Origin: Glaucostegus cemiculus
Taxonomy: Eukaryota
Length of the DNA stretch: 64,000 nt
Reading direction: 5' to 3'
Assembly: GCA_976551045.1 (NCBI GenBank)
Contig: CDPCPM010000007.1
Location: 10,726,001 to 10,790,000 of the forward strand
The position numbers and the translations under genes were made by a program. The notes below the pieces were generated by a model. It was given only the letters and a program-made list of their open reading frames with translations, had not been told where the DNA came from and did not search any database. Position 1 is the stretch's first letter; every line of letters starts with the position of its first letter. Below are positions 42,301 to 50,879 of the stretch, piece by piece.

Positions 42301-45300
42301 TTAATCAAGACACCCTGATGTCAAGGGCAGTAACTCTCACCTTACTTCTAGAATTCAGCTCTTTGGTCCAAACTTAGACCAAGATTGTGCTGAAGTCTGG
42401 AGCTGAGTGGTCCTGGCAAAATACAACCAGGGCATCAATGAGTAGGTAACTGGTGACCAAGTACAGTTTGTTAGCAATGTCGACAATATGTTCCATCACC
42501 TTCCTAATATTTAAGAGTAGACTGATTAGGTGGTAGTTGGCTGAATTGGATTTGTCCTGCTTTTAATGAACAGAACATACCTGGACAACCTTCCACATTG
42601 TTGTTTAGATATCAATGTTGTACCTGTACTGGAAATCTATTTCAGCTGGTTTAAAAAGCTCTGATTATCAAACACTTCGGAAACTACTGAAACACCATCA
42701 ATGGAGTACAGGTGAGGAGCTTTAGAGCTGTTGCTTAAATCAAAGTCGCTGTTCATGGACTGTTCTGCTTCACAGGACTGTCACAGCAGCAAAGGCTGCA
42801 GTTAGAATAAACCTATAAGCCTATACAAGGTTGGTGTAGCTATAAAAACAGAGCAAAAGGGGTTGCAAGTACAAGTAAATTGAGCACACTCCACAGCTCA
42901 ATGATTTGTCCTTTACAAAAATAGGGGGTGGGGGTGTGTGGTGGAATTTCAAAGAGATGAAAACATTTTTTGTGAGTCCAAAGTAGAAACCACAAAATTG
43001 AGATCAGTAGTTTGTTACACGCAGGATTCGAACAAAAAACCATACAGTTTTGGTATTCAATAGGTATTTCTAGCAACAGAATGCAATAAAAGCAGACACC
43101 ACGTATATGCCACAATATGGGAATTCTGACAAAGCTAGGGCTCTGTTCAATTCCATGCTCTCCTGAAATATCACTTCCTTAATCTATACAACCAGAACAA
43201 TCAGCACACAGCTTTCAGAAATTATATTTAAAAATACTATTAGCTTTGCCCTGTTGTCAATATTTAAGTTGTAGGCTTTTAGACCTCTTTTGGCTTATCT
43301 GGCAAGTATATGTCCATCAAATATTCTTGCAGAGCCAGTAGAGGAAAAACTCACAGAATTGTTTACATTAGAAGTGTTACTGGACATACCAGAGACCACT
43401 TGACCATTTCCGGTAATACAGCCATAAACTAGGGCCATACCTATGGTAGTGACAAGTCATGATAACCAGCTTACCTGGACATCTTCCTGTTACGAAGTAA
43501 ATTAGAAAATGGTCCTGCTGGCTTCCCCCAAAAGTAGCATCAGAAAACTAGTAGCAAAAAAAAAAACTAACTAGAGGAACTCAGCGGGTCAGACAACATT
43601 TGTGGAGGCAAAGGGACTGTCTACATTTTGGGGCTGAGACCTTGCATCAGGACTCAAGAGCGTAAAGGGAGAGATAGCCAGTATAAAGAAGTGAGAGGGA
43701 GGGGTGAAGCAGGAACTGGCAAATGATAGGTGGATCCAGGTGAGGAGGGGTTGATGGGCGGATAGAGGCAGATGGGGGAGTGAGGGGTGGAGATAGTGAC
43801 AGAGGCAGGGAGGGACTGGTGGAGACAACAAAGGCCTTAAGAAATGGAATCTGATAAGAAAGGAAGGTAATAAATGAAACCAGATTGGGAAGGGATGCTG
43901 GGTAACTGTGGGTAAAGTGTATGGGTGATAGGCAGACGGAACCAAGTGGGGGAGGAGAAAGAAAATGGATAACAGGGGGTGGAGGGGGGGCAGGGTTGGA
44001 AAGAAGGAGATCAACAAGAGCACCTAGGTGGATCAGAAGGAAAAGAGGACATGTAGGTTATTGGAGAATTCAAGGTTTGTGCCATTGGGTTGTAGTCCAC
44101 TCAGGTGGAGCACAAGCTGCTGTTCCTCCAGTTTGTCTTTGGCTTCACTCTGGCAGTGAAGGAGGCTGAGGACAGATAGATTGGTGTGGGAATGGGGAGG
44201 GGAGTTGTAATAGTCTGCAACTGGAGGACAGCATCTTTGCACCCAATCCTGATGCAGGATCTCAACCCGAAACATTAACTGTCCCTTTGACTCTTCAAAT
44301 GCTGCTTGATCCGCTGAGTTCCTCCAGCAGTTTGTTTATTTTTTGCTCCAAACTACAGCATCTGCAGTCTCACATCTTCAGAAAACTAGCAATTTATGAA
44401 GCTCTGAACTATAAATGATATTTATTGGTACAATTATTTCGTAAACTGTAAATGCACTCTGAGATCTTCAATGGTAATCATATTTCTGCATATAGTTACC
44501 AATTTGTACTTTCCTATGTACAAGTAAAATGCTATCTGCAAAATAACTGAGGAGGAAATGTTTTTGAAATGTTTTTATAATATTCAGTGACATGCCCTTG
44601 GAACATTTTACACTGACAAAGAGAGGACTGCAGAGTGGTATTCAGGCCACGCAACTAGATATAGTGCTCAATAGAGTTAACTTAGAAAAACAAACTAAAC
44701 CCTACCTTCTCCAACTCTTTTGACTCTGCATCCACAAACCTGAGAATGCCATCAATGCAGAAAGGTTCAGCTAATCCTGCTAGATCACCTATAATCTTCA
44801 AAAATCCTGCTATCAGGAAAGGCAATGCAAAAGCTTTACAAAGGACTTTTCCAAGATGTCTTGAACCTGTTCTTCCTGAAGATATATTTTCCTAAAATTC
44901 AAAATAAAATGCATTAAAGTTCAAATCATTATTCCTCAAACAATGCAGTGAATTATCTGGATGCACAGATATCATAAAAGCTTACTTACCTTTTCCTTAT
45001 CATAAATTGATTTTAACAAATCAAAATTTTTCTGTGCAGTTTCATCCTAAAAAGAAAATACCAATTGGCAACTTTAGACTGCTAGCACTGTGATCACTCA
45101 TCTGAGAAAACTGGTCCACTAACCAAGTCACCAGAGTAGAGATGGAGTGCACGTACATTCAGAGTTGTGAGAGGAAATTGACATTAAATAGGCAAAGTTC
45201 TCAGATGAAGGAAAAGAAAAAAAAATTGTTCTGTGTAACGTCAAAATTTACAGATTTTTTTTTTAACTAATAGCCATGTATTCTACACACACAAACTATC

Positions 45301-48300
45301 CATTTGACAAGAATGATACATTCAAATGATGGAATGAATGAAATGCTGGCCCAGGATTTTCATAGTTAAATGAAATTAATAATAAATGTGGTGCAATAAG
45401 TATAACTATTCTATGTATGTTACAGATCACATAGCCCAATACAATCAAAGTTAAATATCAGATTCTGTCTGTCCAAACTTATTTCCAATCACCCAGAAGG
45501 GCTAACAAGAAAGAAAAAGTTTTATCACTGGCACATGACCAAAAAATCCTAATCTTAAAATACTGGAAACATTTAACAGATCAGGCAACATCTGTGGAAA
45601 GAAAAACAGAGCTAATACTTCAGTGTCTTCTACCTCCAATGTTAACTCGGTTTCTCTTTCCACAAATGTTGCCTGACCAATCTAGTGTTTCTCGCATTTT
45701 CTGTTTTTGTTTGCTTTCTAGAATTTGCAACTTTTTCTTTAAATTTTCAATGGAACTTCCATCTTGGTCTGTGCTAATCTTTCCAAAAGTAGTAGGTATG
45801 GCATTACATTCAACTTCAGCGCTGGGTTAGAATTTACAAAATACAGCCAGGTTTCTCCAAAGTACTTCAAACTTACTCAAAATTACATTTCGGAACTAAC
45901 CTGGATAGATTATTTTTAGAATGTTTCATTTTATATAGAGTGCACACAATTTAAATTTTGCATTCCACACAAACTTTATGGGATGTCTATATTCTAATAA
46001 GGAAGGTGAAAAATCAAAATACAACCTGAGGGAGTTTTCCTAGAACGTCCATCTTGATTGGCTCCCGATAACCACTTATTAATAGCCATGAAATCCACCT
46101 AAGGAAATAAACAGACAGTTCTGTTGTAATTAATGCAGACCTGATAGCCAATTCTCATTGAGAAAACTTTTACAAACATCCAAATCACTGGTTACTTGGC
46201 TGTTGGTTATGCCAGATACTGATTGAATTTTGGCTAAGAGGATTAGGAGAACTTCTTGTTATTCTTTGGAATGTTCCACAGGATCTTGTACACTCATTAA
46301 TAAATAAAAGTCAGGACTACTGTTCAATGCCCTATAGAAAAGATTACTTCTCCAAAATACAATGAAAACATTTACGCTGAATCATCAGTCTGGTTGTGTT
46401 TGCTTGAATTTATAATCTTCAAAATGCAAAAGACTTAATTTTATGCAACTATCAAGATGCTGTAAGTGAGTCTACAACCGAGAAAATAATTCACTAGACT
46501 CTGATGTCTGCTTCTGAATAAGAGTACTGTCTTGAGATCTGATAGCATCATACACACAGTGGCTTACCAAAATGTCATAATTCTCAAGTAAACTGATTGC
46601 AGTTTGGATAAGTGGCTCAGCTACCTAGGCTAGAAAAAAAGTAGTCAGAGTTCCTACTCACCATCACTATTCCATGTATAACAATATGGACAATACTGGG
46701 AAGAGGACTGGGCTTATCTAAAATGCCCTTCTAAGTCAAATGGTTCCTTTCAAATAATCATCATCTAATTTTATGCAAAGATAGTGATCACATGGGCAAG
46801 ATACTAAGAGGTACACTTTTACAATTGGTATGGAAGACCATCTTCAAATGAGAAAGAAAACAAGCTATAATTAAAGTTCTTGATGTGAAAGTATGTAGAA
46901 TGTTGACAAAGAAGGAACATTTCCAAGTACACTAGAAGCTAAACTACTTAAACTGGTACTGTAATATTAAGTACTGCCTTACTTCCATCTAGACTTTTCA
47001 CCAGAGGAGTCAACTTTCAAACATGTTCTGGTAGTCAAACTTGAAAATGAAAATTAACCTGTGCTACAGAGATAAAGATGTCCAATAAATGATTTGGATG
47101 CAAACTAGAGTTTAAAAGTTTTTGGAAGGATATGACAGAACAGTAACATTTTTAAATACAGACAACAAAATTCTGCACATTTTCCCTTACGTGTAGGTGA
47201 TCTGCGACAAAACATTGACATAAGACTGATGAAACTTTTTTTCTGGGTCTTGTAGTTCTAAGGGTGGGATATCTCTGGAATACCCTGGACCATAGTAACC
47301 CTAAGATAAAGAAATTATGTACTAGTTCATTACGCTACTTGTTAGGATTTTTTCTAAAAATTGTCATCTTTCAATAGTACATAACATAGATGTAAAATTC
47401 TTTACAACATTTTTGGGAAATCTGAATACTCACAAAACAATGCAATGATGTGTTGTCACTTGAAAACAAAATCAAGATGAAACAAATGCAGCTATTTTTA
47501 ATATAGTTTAAGAAATAATAACAGATTACCAACAAACCTTATGCACTTATGAGAATTTGTTTCCAATGCCAAATAATGAAAAGTCAGCTTTTAAATATTT
47601 AGCACTATAGTCAAGGTACTTAAATATCTAATCTATTAAATAGCTATTCTATTACTTGTAGCAGAAAATCAAAATTTCACTTAAGGTTCATTGTACTCAG
47701 AGTGAATCTCTATTAAGCAAACATGCCTCAGTCCCAACTTCAAATTTTTGAATACAGTAAACAAACATGCTCTTTTTCTCATTCCTATACCAGCAATACT
47801 GCTGACTAAGATTGTCAATCTTGTGGCAATTTATGTTAAATCAAGAGGCGTAATGGCTCACAGTGAAATATATAATAGAACGCACCACAAAAATATAATT
47901 TGCCTTTTATAACGTCATGTAATTTTTCTTTCAAATTATATTAGAGGACATACCTTCTTAAAAAATATGCTGAGTTCCAGAATGAGGAAGAATCCATAGA
48001 TTGAAGCCAAGGTACAGTCAAGGAGAAAAGTCAGATCACTGGTGATGAACCTCTGTGAATACATCTGATACGCCTTCAAGACACTAATGCTACAGGCAGC
48101 AGGCCAGTGAAATATAAAAAGCACCAAAAATATGGGTACATTTGCACTTTCAGCAACATCATAGTAAACTATAGAAAGGACAGACGAGGCTAGTTGTGCT
48201 GCATCAGGTACGTAAATAAATGGTCTGTCAAACTTCGAATACAACTGTGATAAAATGCCATCTCCCACAGCACAGGCAGATATAAAAATATAGAAGAATG

Positions 48301-48550
48301 TTAATATCCATCGCACATTGTGCCAAGGAAAATGAATCCAGCCTCTCAAACCTGTAGGAAATGTTGTAGAGGAACGTTGTCTGCACTTAATCACAACCAC
48401 ACCAATTAGGGAACAAAACACAAATGCTAAATGTACCAGAAGATTTACACCTTCACTGAAACAAATGTCTTTAACACGAGACTCTTCATTTGGTTGAAAA
48501 GTATAGTTTTTGTGGGCAAGGCCACAAAATACAAGAAAAGCATCTTCCAT
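3199..48550 (-). CDS. Spliced SUR-family (ABCC8/ABCC9-like) ABC transporter gene, 5' part (TMD0-L0-TMD1-linker), 13 coding exons; 3' part lies outside the window
   Basis: Exons 48550-47954, 47300-47191, 46098-46026, 45046-44990, 44891-44706, 40337-40185, 38606-38451, 36564-36376, 30471-30363, 27217-27177, 25319-25209, 6540-6373 and 3338-3199 join in frame (2090 nt) with canonical AG/GT sites. The product is collinear with SUR1 ([31 protein letters not shown]). Confidence 0.93.
4140..4292. mobile_element. Short Penelope-terminus-like element
   Basis: Shares the motif ctgagttcctccagcagattgtttgttgctccagattccagcatct with 39850-40050 and with the ends of 43550-44372. Confidence 0.6.
6373..6540 (-). 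CDS. SUR-like coding exon 12 ([30 protein letters not shown]), end of TMD1
   Basis: 168 nt, phase 0 to 0, tttaccacag| acceptor and GAA|gtaagg donor. Contains the ABCC VSxxRIxxF motif. Follows an intron of about 18.7 kb. Confidence 0.92.
9310..13500 (-). mobile_element. Near full-length decayed CR1 LINE (ORF1 zinc-finger/SGNH esterase remnant, ORF2 endonuclease and RT, 3'UTR)
   Basis: ORF pieces [11 protein letters not shown] (ORF1), ITESWL..GDFN (endonuclease), [40 protein letters not shown]. Frameshifted. Confidence 0.93.
14896..15225. repeat. Degenerate minisatellite, unit about 33 bp (actcaccagggccccagttccc..)
   Basis: Core tcaccagggcc/tgaccagggcc recurs at about 14934, 15121, 15156 and 15191, with weaker copies near 14897, 14991 and 15086. 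Confidence 0.7.
16225..16430 (+). mobile_element. Old DeuSINE/SacSINE-like relic
   Basis: Resembles the recalled Deu-domain consensus (ttaaactgag..tcaagtagac..ttgaagagaatcaggga..ttctggtgt). Heavily diverged. Confidence 0.45.
17085..18310. mobile_element. Old CR1-type LINE fragments
   Basis: Decayed motifs shared with 41360-42640 and 56240-57220 (caggagtgtgatggaatac, gcatttat..ctaattacccttga). Confidence 0.6.
18700..20480 (+). mobile_element. Old CR1 LINE fragments
   Basis: [24 protein letters not shown] and LERVLRRFT remnants. Confidence 0.75.
22020..22820 (-). mobile_element. Old CR1 fragment
   Basis: Similar to the minus-strand CR1 RT region at about 10400-11250. Confidence 0.6.
23338..24100 (+). 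mobile_element. Penelope-like element remnant with pyrimidine-rich body
   Basis: Starts gactgcagatgctggaatc, then decayed GIY-YIG C-terminal DNA (cctcatattttgcctggac..gttgaattttcc), then the terminal motif cctgatgcagggttt..ctgaaacgtcaac..gatgctgcctgacctg. Confidence 0.65.
24519..24925 (+). mobile_element. Rex1/Babar-like LINE 3' end
   Basis: [18 protein letters not shown] followed by 3'UTR and aataaaactgattctgattct. Confidence 0.85.
25209..25319 (-). CDS. SUR-like coding exon 11 ([37 protein letters not shown])
   Basis: 111 nt, phase 0 to 0, tgtgtttag| acceptor and ATG|gtaagt donor. Contains the ABCC FxxLxLF..PL motif. Confidence 0.93.
27177..27217 (-). CDS. SUR-like coding exon 10 ([13 protein letters not shown]), 41 nt
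   Basis: tctttgcag| acceptor and GTG|gtaggt donor, phase 1 to 0. Same size and position as the 41-nt exon I recall in ABCC8. Confidence 0.88.
28000..29615 (+). mobile_element. CR1 fragments (old 28000-28860; younger, internally deleted 29140-29615)
   Basis: RT tether and 3' remnants (QRLRGDL, TRGYRF, KFKGDLR) and CR1 tail gggccaaagggcct..ctgtgctgtactgttcta. Confidence 0.75.
30363..30471 (-). CDS. SUR-like coding exon 9 ([36 protein letters not shown])
   Basis: 109 nt, phase 0 to 1, tcttccag| acceptor and |gtgagt donor. Contains the ABCC KLYxWE motif. Confidence 0.94.
31120..32140 (-). mobile_element. CR1 LINE 3' part
   Basis: ORF 31422..31646 ([29 protein letters not shown]). Confidence 0.88.
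32143..32790 (-). mobile_element. Rex1/Babar-like LINE 3' part
   Basis: [22 protein letters not shown] and [12 protein letters not shown]. Confidence 0.88.
33815..34650 (+). mobile_element. Rex1/Babar-like RT fragment, interrupted at 34106-34456
   Basis: ORF 33661..34107 ([27 protein letters not shown]) resumes as YSSAFN at about 34458. Confidence 0.88.
34205..34456 (+). mobile_element. Young tRNA-derived V-SINE
   Basis: A box tagcgtagtgg, B box ggttcgattccc, V-domain gggtttcctccgggtgctccggtttcctcccaca, CR1-like tail and A-rich end. Many CpGs retained. Confidence 0.88.
35870..36150 (-). mobile_element. CR1 3' end fragment
   Basis: cacagaaacagccctctggccc..ctctcaccttaaacct. Confidence 0.7.
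36376..36564 (-). CDS. SUR-like coding exon 8 ([35 protein letters not shown])
   Basis: 189 nt, phase 0 to 0, gatttcag| acceptor and AAG|gtaatg donor. Contains the ABCC LGxSALIG and D-R-K..E-L--IK motifs. Confidence 0.94.
36670..37135 (+). mobile_element. Rex1/Babar-like 3' end
   Basis: [36 protein letters not shown] followed by 3'UTR ending gacaataaac. Confidence 0.8.
38451..38606 (-). CDS. SUR-like coding exon 7 ([28 protein letters not shown])
   Basis: 156 nt, phase 0 to 0, tttttctag| acceptor and CAG|gtatgt donor. Typical ABCC TMD1 motif. Confidence 0.94.
39850..40050. mobile_element. Short Penelope-terminus-like element with inverted arms
   Basis: aacaaacaatctgctggaagaactcagc ... tcctccagcacattatttgttgctccag. 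Confidence 0.6.
40185..40337 (-). CDS. SUR-like coding exon 6 ([51 protein letters not shown])
   Basis: Overlaps ORF 40053..40325 in frame. 153 nt, donor CAG|gtaaga. Aligns to SUR1 GVYFVSSQEFLANAYVLA..GINLRGAIQ. Confidence 0.94.
41360..42635 (-). mobile_element. Old CR1-type LINE fragment
   Basis: [17 protein letters not shown] remnant. Same family as 56240-57220. Confidence 0.75.
43550..44372 (-). mobile_element. Penelope-like element remnant with inverted terminal motif
   Basis: ORF 44033..44275 contains [32 protein letters not shown] (Penelope GIY-YIG C-terminus). Ends gaggaactcagcgggtcag and ccgctgagttcctccagc are inverted. Confidence 0.8.
44706..44891 (-). CDS. SUR-like coding exon 5 (start of TMD1: ..[35 protein letters not shown]..)
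   Basis: 186 nt, phase 0 to 0, AG/GT sites. Aligns to SUR1 [31 protein letters not shown]. Confidence 0.93.
44990..45046 (-). CDS. SUR-like coding exon 4 ([19 protein letters not shown])
   Basis: ttctttttag| acceptor, AAG|gtaagt donor, 57 nt, phase 0 to 0. Confidence 0.88.
46026..46098 (-). CDS. SUR-like coding exon 3 ([24 protein letters not shown])
   Basis: tttccttag| acceptor, CAG|gttgta donor, 73 nt, phase 2 to 0. Aligns to [23 protein letters not shown]. Confidence 0.92.
46170..46520 (-). mobile_element. Old DeuSINE/SacSINE-like relic just upstream of coding exon 3
   Basis: ggagaacttcttgttattctttggaatgttccacaggatcttgtacactca resembles the reverse complement of the recalled Deu domain. 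Confidence 0.45.
47191..47300 (-). CDS. SUR-like coding exon 2 (L0/lasso: [36 protein letters not shown])
   Basis: ttatcttag| acceptor, |gtaagg donor, 110 nt, phase 0 to 2. Aligns to SUR1 KPPEDLQD..FVNLLSKGTY. Confidence 0.92.
47954..48550 (-). CDS. SUR-like coding exon 1: entire TMD0 (199 aa)
   Basis: ORF 47936..48550. ATG in a strong context (gagATGg) with an in-frame upstream TAA. Donor AAG|gtatgt. Acceptor ttttcttttacag places the exon start at 48618. Matches the SUR1 N-terminus (AFCG, CF, HFPxHNxRWILT, VYY). Confidence 0.95.
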
Positions 48551-48925
48551 CTCAATTACTTCTTTTTAGTATTCATTTAAGTACAAATGCAGCTTGTAAT
48601 CTTTTATTTTCAAGTCACCTGTAAAAGAAAAATACAGTAATTAATCAACTGAACAAAATATTGCATTTCATTTAAAAAGATTCAAAATAACATAAACATT
48701 TACTGCTGAAGGAAGCTATGCATAATCGGTGATTTATTTTCTTTAATGAAACCATTAACTTTGCTTCTCACTCATTCTATATTCCAATGAGTAACCTGAG
48801 GTTAGTAGAACATCCTTTTAATGCCAAGAACCATAGTTAAATGAGGTCATTTAATAATGCACACTTCTCAGTCAGCAAAACAATTTATAACAGGAACTGA
48901 GTCAGCTTTCAATTGCGTCACTCAC

Positions 48926-48972
48926 CGAGTTCCTAGTAGGAAAATAATGGCAGATGTGGTCTTTCTCAATAA
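48926..48972 (-). other. Candidate non-coding 5'UTR exon of the SUR-like gene (47 nt)
   Basis: Acceptor tatttagtttcag| and consensus donor CG|gtgagt, 307 bp upstream of the acceptor at 48618. No ATG inside. Confidence 0.5.
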
Positions 48973-50606
48973 CTGAAACTAAATACAAGGCAATTGAATT
49001 TTACATTCAGTGGACAGTCTTGAACTAGAAAAAAACATGAGAACTTTAATGAAGAGAACACATCTGTATCTTAGGTGTTCTCCACTGACAAAATCTGAAT
49101 GCTAAAACATAAAAGACACAAAAATATCTAAATTAGCAGCTTAAAAAACCAAACAGACCTTTTGCCTAAAATGTTCTTGTGGTGAGGGTTCGAAGTATTC
49201 ATGTCACTAATATACTGTTTTTCCTGATAGAGTCAAACAAAATTTTTTCCGATGTGAATGAGTCCCTTCGAATGAGTAACAAATTGAAATTCTTACTGCA
49301 TCCTTATGTAATGAGCTAAAATGTCCTATATTAACAAACCCCAGCAATTCTTCACAAATCATGCCATATACTCTGATTGAGTCTAACAAGGGAACACACT
49401 TGCATCTACATAGCCTCCTTCTGATTGTGAAGATGCCCAAAATACTTGGCAGTACACTTCAGAAATAATTTATTGACTCAACCAATTCCTAGATACCAAG
49501 AATGTACAAACAGAAAACAAAATAAGCGACCAACTAATGTTTTTAATAGTTCTGTTTTAGGAAGGATTTGTCAAGAACATACACAGGAGGAATATCCCCT
49601 CTTTGAACAGGACTATGAAAAATTTAGCATCATACCTACAGCACATGCTCTTGTAGATAACAGGCCATAAGTTGCTGTTAGAATGCCAGTAGGGTTAATG
49701 TTAGCTTTTCTTATTTATGCAAGTGATACATAACTTCAGGTAAATGGCAAAAAAAGATGCTGTCAAAAATGTAATAGTCAAAAATGCCCCAATACTAAAT
49801 GCACTGAATGAAATGAAGTTGCTCTGCTTGTACAGTATATAGTAACTGAACTTGCAGAGAAAGTCAACACTTGCCCATTTCAGTCTTAGCATCCTTTAAG
49901 GCACCATGATTCCTGCTCATCAGTTGGAAAGTTGAATTATGCAAATTCTTATTTGTTTTTACTTTTCCTTTTGTTTCCCCCCCTCTTACAATCCAGAACT
50001 TCTTTATGCTTCTTTACCAGAATCTGCATGAGTCACCCACTATTATTTATGCTTTCTTCTCAATCCACGTATTGTTTATTTCAAAATCCTTCAGTCAGAT
50101 TCCAGTGATATTTGGCTACTGTTCTATTCACCCAAGTCCCAGGCATCAGCTTCCCTTCACTGCAATGATATTAACTCTCACTGACATCAACATGCCAACA
50201 AGCAGTACAAAAAAATCTAAAAATTTAGATGCGGTTACATTAACTCCTTCAGTGAATACTAAAACACAATACTTGTTATTACACCAATCCCCCAGTACTA
50301 AACCAATGTGTCAGTTTAAAATAAGTGTTCAAATTATAAAGTAGAACTTAAGTATAGGCAACCTCCACATGATGGTTGTCTGGGTTACAGAATTCACAAA
50401 TCACCACCCAAAAATTTGAGATACAGAATAAAATTAGCTCTCACAGAAGTTGTGTGAGAAAAATCAACACAAAAGGTTTTTCCTTGGCTCATGTTTCTTG
50501 ACACATGTGCGGATGATGTGGCTTCAGTTATGGAAAATTATAATACAGCCCATTTTCTAGAAATGCAACATCCCTGTAACTTCTTAAACTCGTGCAAGAA
50601 TCTTAC

Positions 50607-50780
50607 CAAAGGGAGATTACTGACACTTAAAAGACACGTTGCTTTGTTCATCCCTATAACTGTTCTGCTTTCTCCTGCAAATCTTTCTCCAATGCTGCCA
50701 TTAGTGCTTAGAATATGGTGGCATTTACAGGGAAAAGTGGATGAAAAGAATGTGAAGCACTCAGTCAGGTTATAATACTG
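50607..50780 (-). promoter_or_regulatory. Candidate first non-coding exon and TATA-like promoter
   Basis: Non-repeat sequence with donor TTG|gtaaga at 50607 and TATTATAA at 50770-50777 on the minus strand. Motif evidence only. Confidence 0.25.
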
Positions 50781-50879
50781 CTCCCAGATTACACATATTG
50801 AGAGGTAGCACAAGGGTGGGGTAAAGGAAAATGAAGAATGAAGGGAGAACAGATATGGAAGATAGCGAGTTCAGGGAGG

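Noticed and set aside
43475-43517. Candidate cassette exon with strong donor CAG|gtaagc
   Set aside because: 40 or 43 nt would shift the frame, the polypyrimidine tract is poor, and the flanking exons already join collinearly with SUR1.
46983-47058. 76-nt AG/GT-bounded segment with the right phase to be coding exon 3
   Set aside because: It has three in-frame stops, and 46026-46098 gives the homologous open exon.
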